From NCBI GenBank assembly GCA_965246885.1, contig OZ251992.1, forward strand, positions 2,592,001-2,656,000: 64,000 bases of DNA. Reading direction: 5' to 3'. Numbering within the stretch: position 1 is the first letter of the stretch; the number at the start of each line of letters is the position of its first letter. The notes under the pieces are model-generated. The model saw only the letters and a program-made list of their open reading frames with translations. It ran no database searches and had not been told where the DNA came from. Source of the DNA: Abditibacterium sp. (lineage in GTDB: Bacteria > Armatimonadota > Abditibacteriia > Abditibacteriales > Abditibacteriaceae). Positions 61,710 to 64,000 of this stretch are shown here, piece after piece. Both the position numbers and the translations under genes were made by a program.

Positions 61710-63314
61710 ATGGGATCACTTTATCTGAATAGATTATCTTCTGATGAGCGCACTTCTCTAATTGGGAGGTTGCATTCTGCCCAAGGCGGTAAATGCTTCA
61801 TTTGCGAAGCGCCAATTGATTTAGCCGTTCATAAAGATGCGATTGACATTGATCATGTTATCCCGACCAAGTTGGGTGGTAAAGATGACCCCATCAATTT
61901 TGCTTTAACTCATGCCAGTTGCAACAGATCAAAGCAGGCTTCCAACCTCATTGTTGCTCGTGTCCTCCAACGTTTTTCCTCAATCAAAAGCTCTATTGCA
62001 TCCGAAAATCGAGGCCCTAACTTAGATGACGTTTTGAGGTATCATGGCGGCTCCAAACATGAGATTCGATTTGTGCGGGAGCAAAATAAAGTCAAATTTG
62101 CGCTGCCGGAAATCGGTCGTGAAGAGATCATAGAACTCGATATTTATAAAGATGAGTTAAGCGACTTTGAGTATGTTTTTGCCAATCTGCCCATTACTCA
62201 TATTTTTCACGATGAGAAAATAAATCCGCGCTCCATCGGACAAAACATCTCTAAAATGGTTGAAGAATTTTATTTGAAGCGCCCACAACTTCATTTGGCA
62301 CTGGGATGGATTGAGATTGACAGTGAGATTAAAACTAAGGTTCGCATCTTTGATGGACAACATAAGGCTGCTGCTCAGGTTCTATTAGGAATCAAAGAAA
62401 TACCGGTTCGCATATTTCTTAACCCCGATGCAGAAGTTTTGTTGGCGACTAACACTCGCGCCGGAACAACTCTGAGTCAAGTTGCCTTCGACAAATCGGT
62501 TCAAAGACATTTAGGTAGCGCCCTATACGTTGATCGCGTAGAGCGTTATCAGAGAGACCTCGGTTTGCCAGAAGATGACTATAGTTTTTCGGAGCAGGAC
62601 TTAGTGAGGCACTTCAAGGGCGAATCGCGCGAGATGAAACGATATATTTTGGACGCGGTTCGTGACACAATCACCCACCACCCGGATAACAAACTCAAAG
62701 ACTACATGGATTTTGGCGGTCGAGGAAAAGAAAAGCCACTGTCATACAGCACTATTGAGAAAACATTCTATTCGTTCTTCATCTACCAAGATGTCTTGGA
62801 AACATCGTTGGATTTTCAAATGGAAGAAGGCGAGAATCCGCGAGAACTTGAAAAACGACAAATTCTGGGATTGATGAACATTATTGCCGAGGAAGTCTTC
62901 GTTGGTAAATTTGATAGCGACATCGGCACTAATCGAGTTGAGAATAGAATTCAGGGAGGCGAGAACCTGCCGCTGGAACATATCCGCGCGTTCCGATTGA
63001 GCAAAGAAGAGATTCTATATAATTGGCTTGGTTATGTAGATCAAATTATTCAGAACTACTTCATCATGCAAGGTGTTCTTATCCAAAAGGAGAAGCTGTT
63101 CCAATACAGTTTCCCTGAGCCTTTATGGGAAAGAATTCGCACGTTCACCAAAAACATGAGCAATTTGCCCGTGTGGATTAATAAAGACCTTTCATCTACA
63201 GTGTTTGGAGGGAAGCAGAATTATAAATACTGGCAGGGCATTTTCGAGAAGGGAAAAACCCAACAAGGATTACAGGTTTTGGCCGAACCAATAAACCTGA
63301 TGAAGATGATCTAA
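61710..63314 (+). CDS. HNH endonuclease fused to a ParB/DGQHR-like domain
   Basis: CFIC...IDHVIP...GG.D...N...H..CN..K at the N-terminus; [10 protein letters not shown] centrally; clearly AT-rich. Confidence 0.8.
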   Translation: MGSLYLNRLSSDERTSLIGRLHSAQGGKCFICEAPIDLAVHKDAIDIDHVIPTKLGGKDDPINFALTHASCNRSKQASNLIVARVLQRFSSIKSSIASENRGPNLDDVLRYHGGSKHEIRFVREQNKVKFALPEIGREEIIELDIYKDELSDFEYVFANLPITHIFHDEKINPRSIGQNISKMVEEFYLKRPQLHLALGWIEIDSEIKTKVRIFDGQHKAAAQVLLGIKEIPVRIFLNPDAEVLLATNTRAGTTLSQVAFDKSVQRHLGSALYVDRVERYQRDLGLPEDDYSFSEQDLVRHFKGESREMKRYILDAVRDTITHHPDNKLKDYMDFGGRGKEKPLSYSTIEKTFYSFFIYQDVLETSLDFQMEEGENPRELEKRQILGLMNIIAEEVFVGKFDSDIGTNRVENRIQGGENLPLEHIRAFRLSKEEILYNWLGYVDQIIQNYFIMQGVLIQKEKLFQYSFPEPLWERIRTFTKNMSNLPVWINKDLSSTVFGGKQNYKYWQGIFEKGKTQQGLQVLAEPINLMKMI

Positions 63315-63515
63315 TTCGTGACGCAACGCCCCAAAACGACCTAACAAAGCTTTGCCCCAACCTCTTACGGCTTCGCTTGTTCCTCGCTTCTCGCTTCGGT
63401 TGTCTCTGTTCGGCGCTAAGGACTTGACTTCGTGCGTTTGGCCACTTCATCGCTTCTTCGTCTCGGAACGGCGCACTTCTATTTATTCCACCGCGCCGTC
63501 AAAGGAGCCAAAACT

Positions 63516-64000
63516 ATGAATGCAGGACAGCAGCGCCGGGTGGCGCTTTTGGGGCGGGTGAGCCAGTTCGCCCTCACGCACGCGAGCGCCTTTCCCGATG
63601 GGAGTCAGGCCAAAACCTACCTCCAAGAAGTGAACAATTGCAACTACAACGCGAGTCAATTCGGCACGCAACAAACGGCGGGCAGCAAACTGAGCAAAGC
63701 CGCCACCGCGCAAAAGAAGATGGGGACAAAGCAACTGCGCGCCAACCTCGCGCAACTGGTCGGAACGGCCAAGCAAGCCTTCAAAGGACAGCCGCAAATC
63801 GCCAATCAGTTTCGGATGCCGCGCGGCGGAACACCCAAACTGTTCAACGCGGCGAACGCGCTTGTGGCGCTTTGCACGAAATACAAAGCGCAACTCGTCG
63901 CCTACAACCTGCCCGCCGACATGGAAGGGCGCATTGGCGGCAACATCTACGCGATGCAAAGCGCGATGAACACGCAAAGCGCGGGCGGCCAAAGTCGTTC
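63516..64000 (+). CDS. Hypothetical helical protein, 3' partial (absent from the supplied ORF track)
   Basis: AAGGAG RBS, then a stop-free frame MNAGQQRRVALLGRVSQFALTHASAFPDGSQ... to the window end. Confidence 0.8.
   Translation, partial: MNAGQQRRVALLGRVSQFALTHASAFPDGSQAKTYLQEVNNCNYNASQFGTQQTAGSKLSKAATAQKKMGTKQLRANLAQLVGTAKQAFKGQPQIANQFRMPRGGTPKLFNAANALVALCTKYKAQLVAYNLPADMEGRIGGNIYAMQSAMNTQSAGGQSR

Noticed and set aside
63320..63480. CTTCG-rich stretch as another 21-bp array
   Set aside because: Spacing is irregular and I could not phase the units
63483..63992. 169-aa minus-strand ORF
   Set aside because: Shadow of the plus-strand gene at 63516, which has an RBS and a more protein-like sequence

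Overview
GC-rich bacterial chromosomal window, mostly housekeeping genes interleaved with small accessory genes. Gene content (HspR-type dnaK operon, PASTA kinase, DUF6785-like membrane protein) suggests a Terrabacteria lineage, possibly Armatimonadota/Abditibacteriota; this is inference only. Recognisable genes: dnaK, dnaJ, hspR (HAIR operators upstream of dnaK, no grpE), hemQ, an ECF sigma/anti-sigma/RseB trio, a nitrite/sulfite reductase, PBP1A, galT, metH, rfbF, livG, ilvN, an M16 peptidase, a GH78 rhamnosidase, aroC, ppa, argG and argF. No rRNA, tRNA or cas genes were seen. The main unexplained signal is at least six separate arrays of 7-9 degenerate tandem units, each with a 21-bp period but a different consensus (five intergenic, one in-frame in a kinase). 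Also notable: two related REPIN-like hairpins with co-varying arms; an intact IS982-family element with a 5-bp target duplication just upstream of an AT-rich HNH + DGQH-motif gene (candidate defence gene); a nucleotidyltransferase-like two-gene module; a heme-oxygenase-like diiron enzyme beside a methyltransferase; and a probable PASTA pseudokinase. All protein calls come from motif recognition by eye, not database searches.
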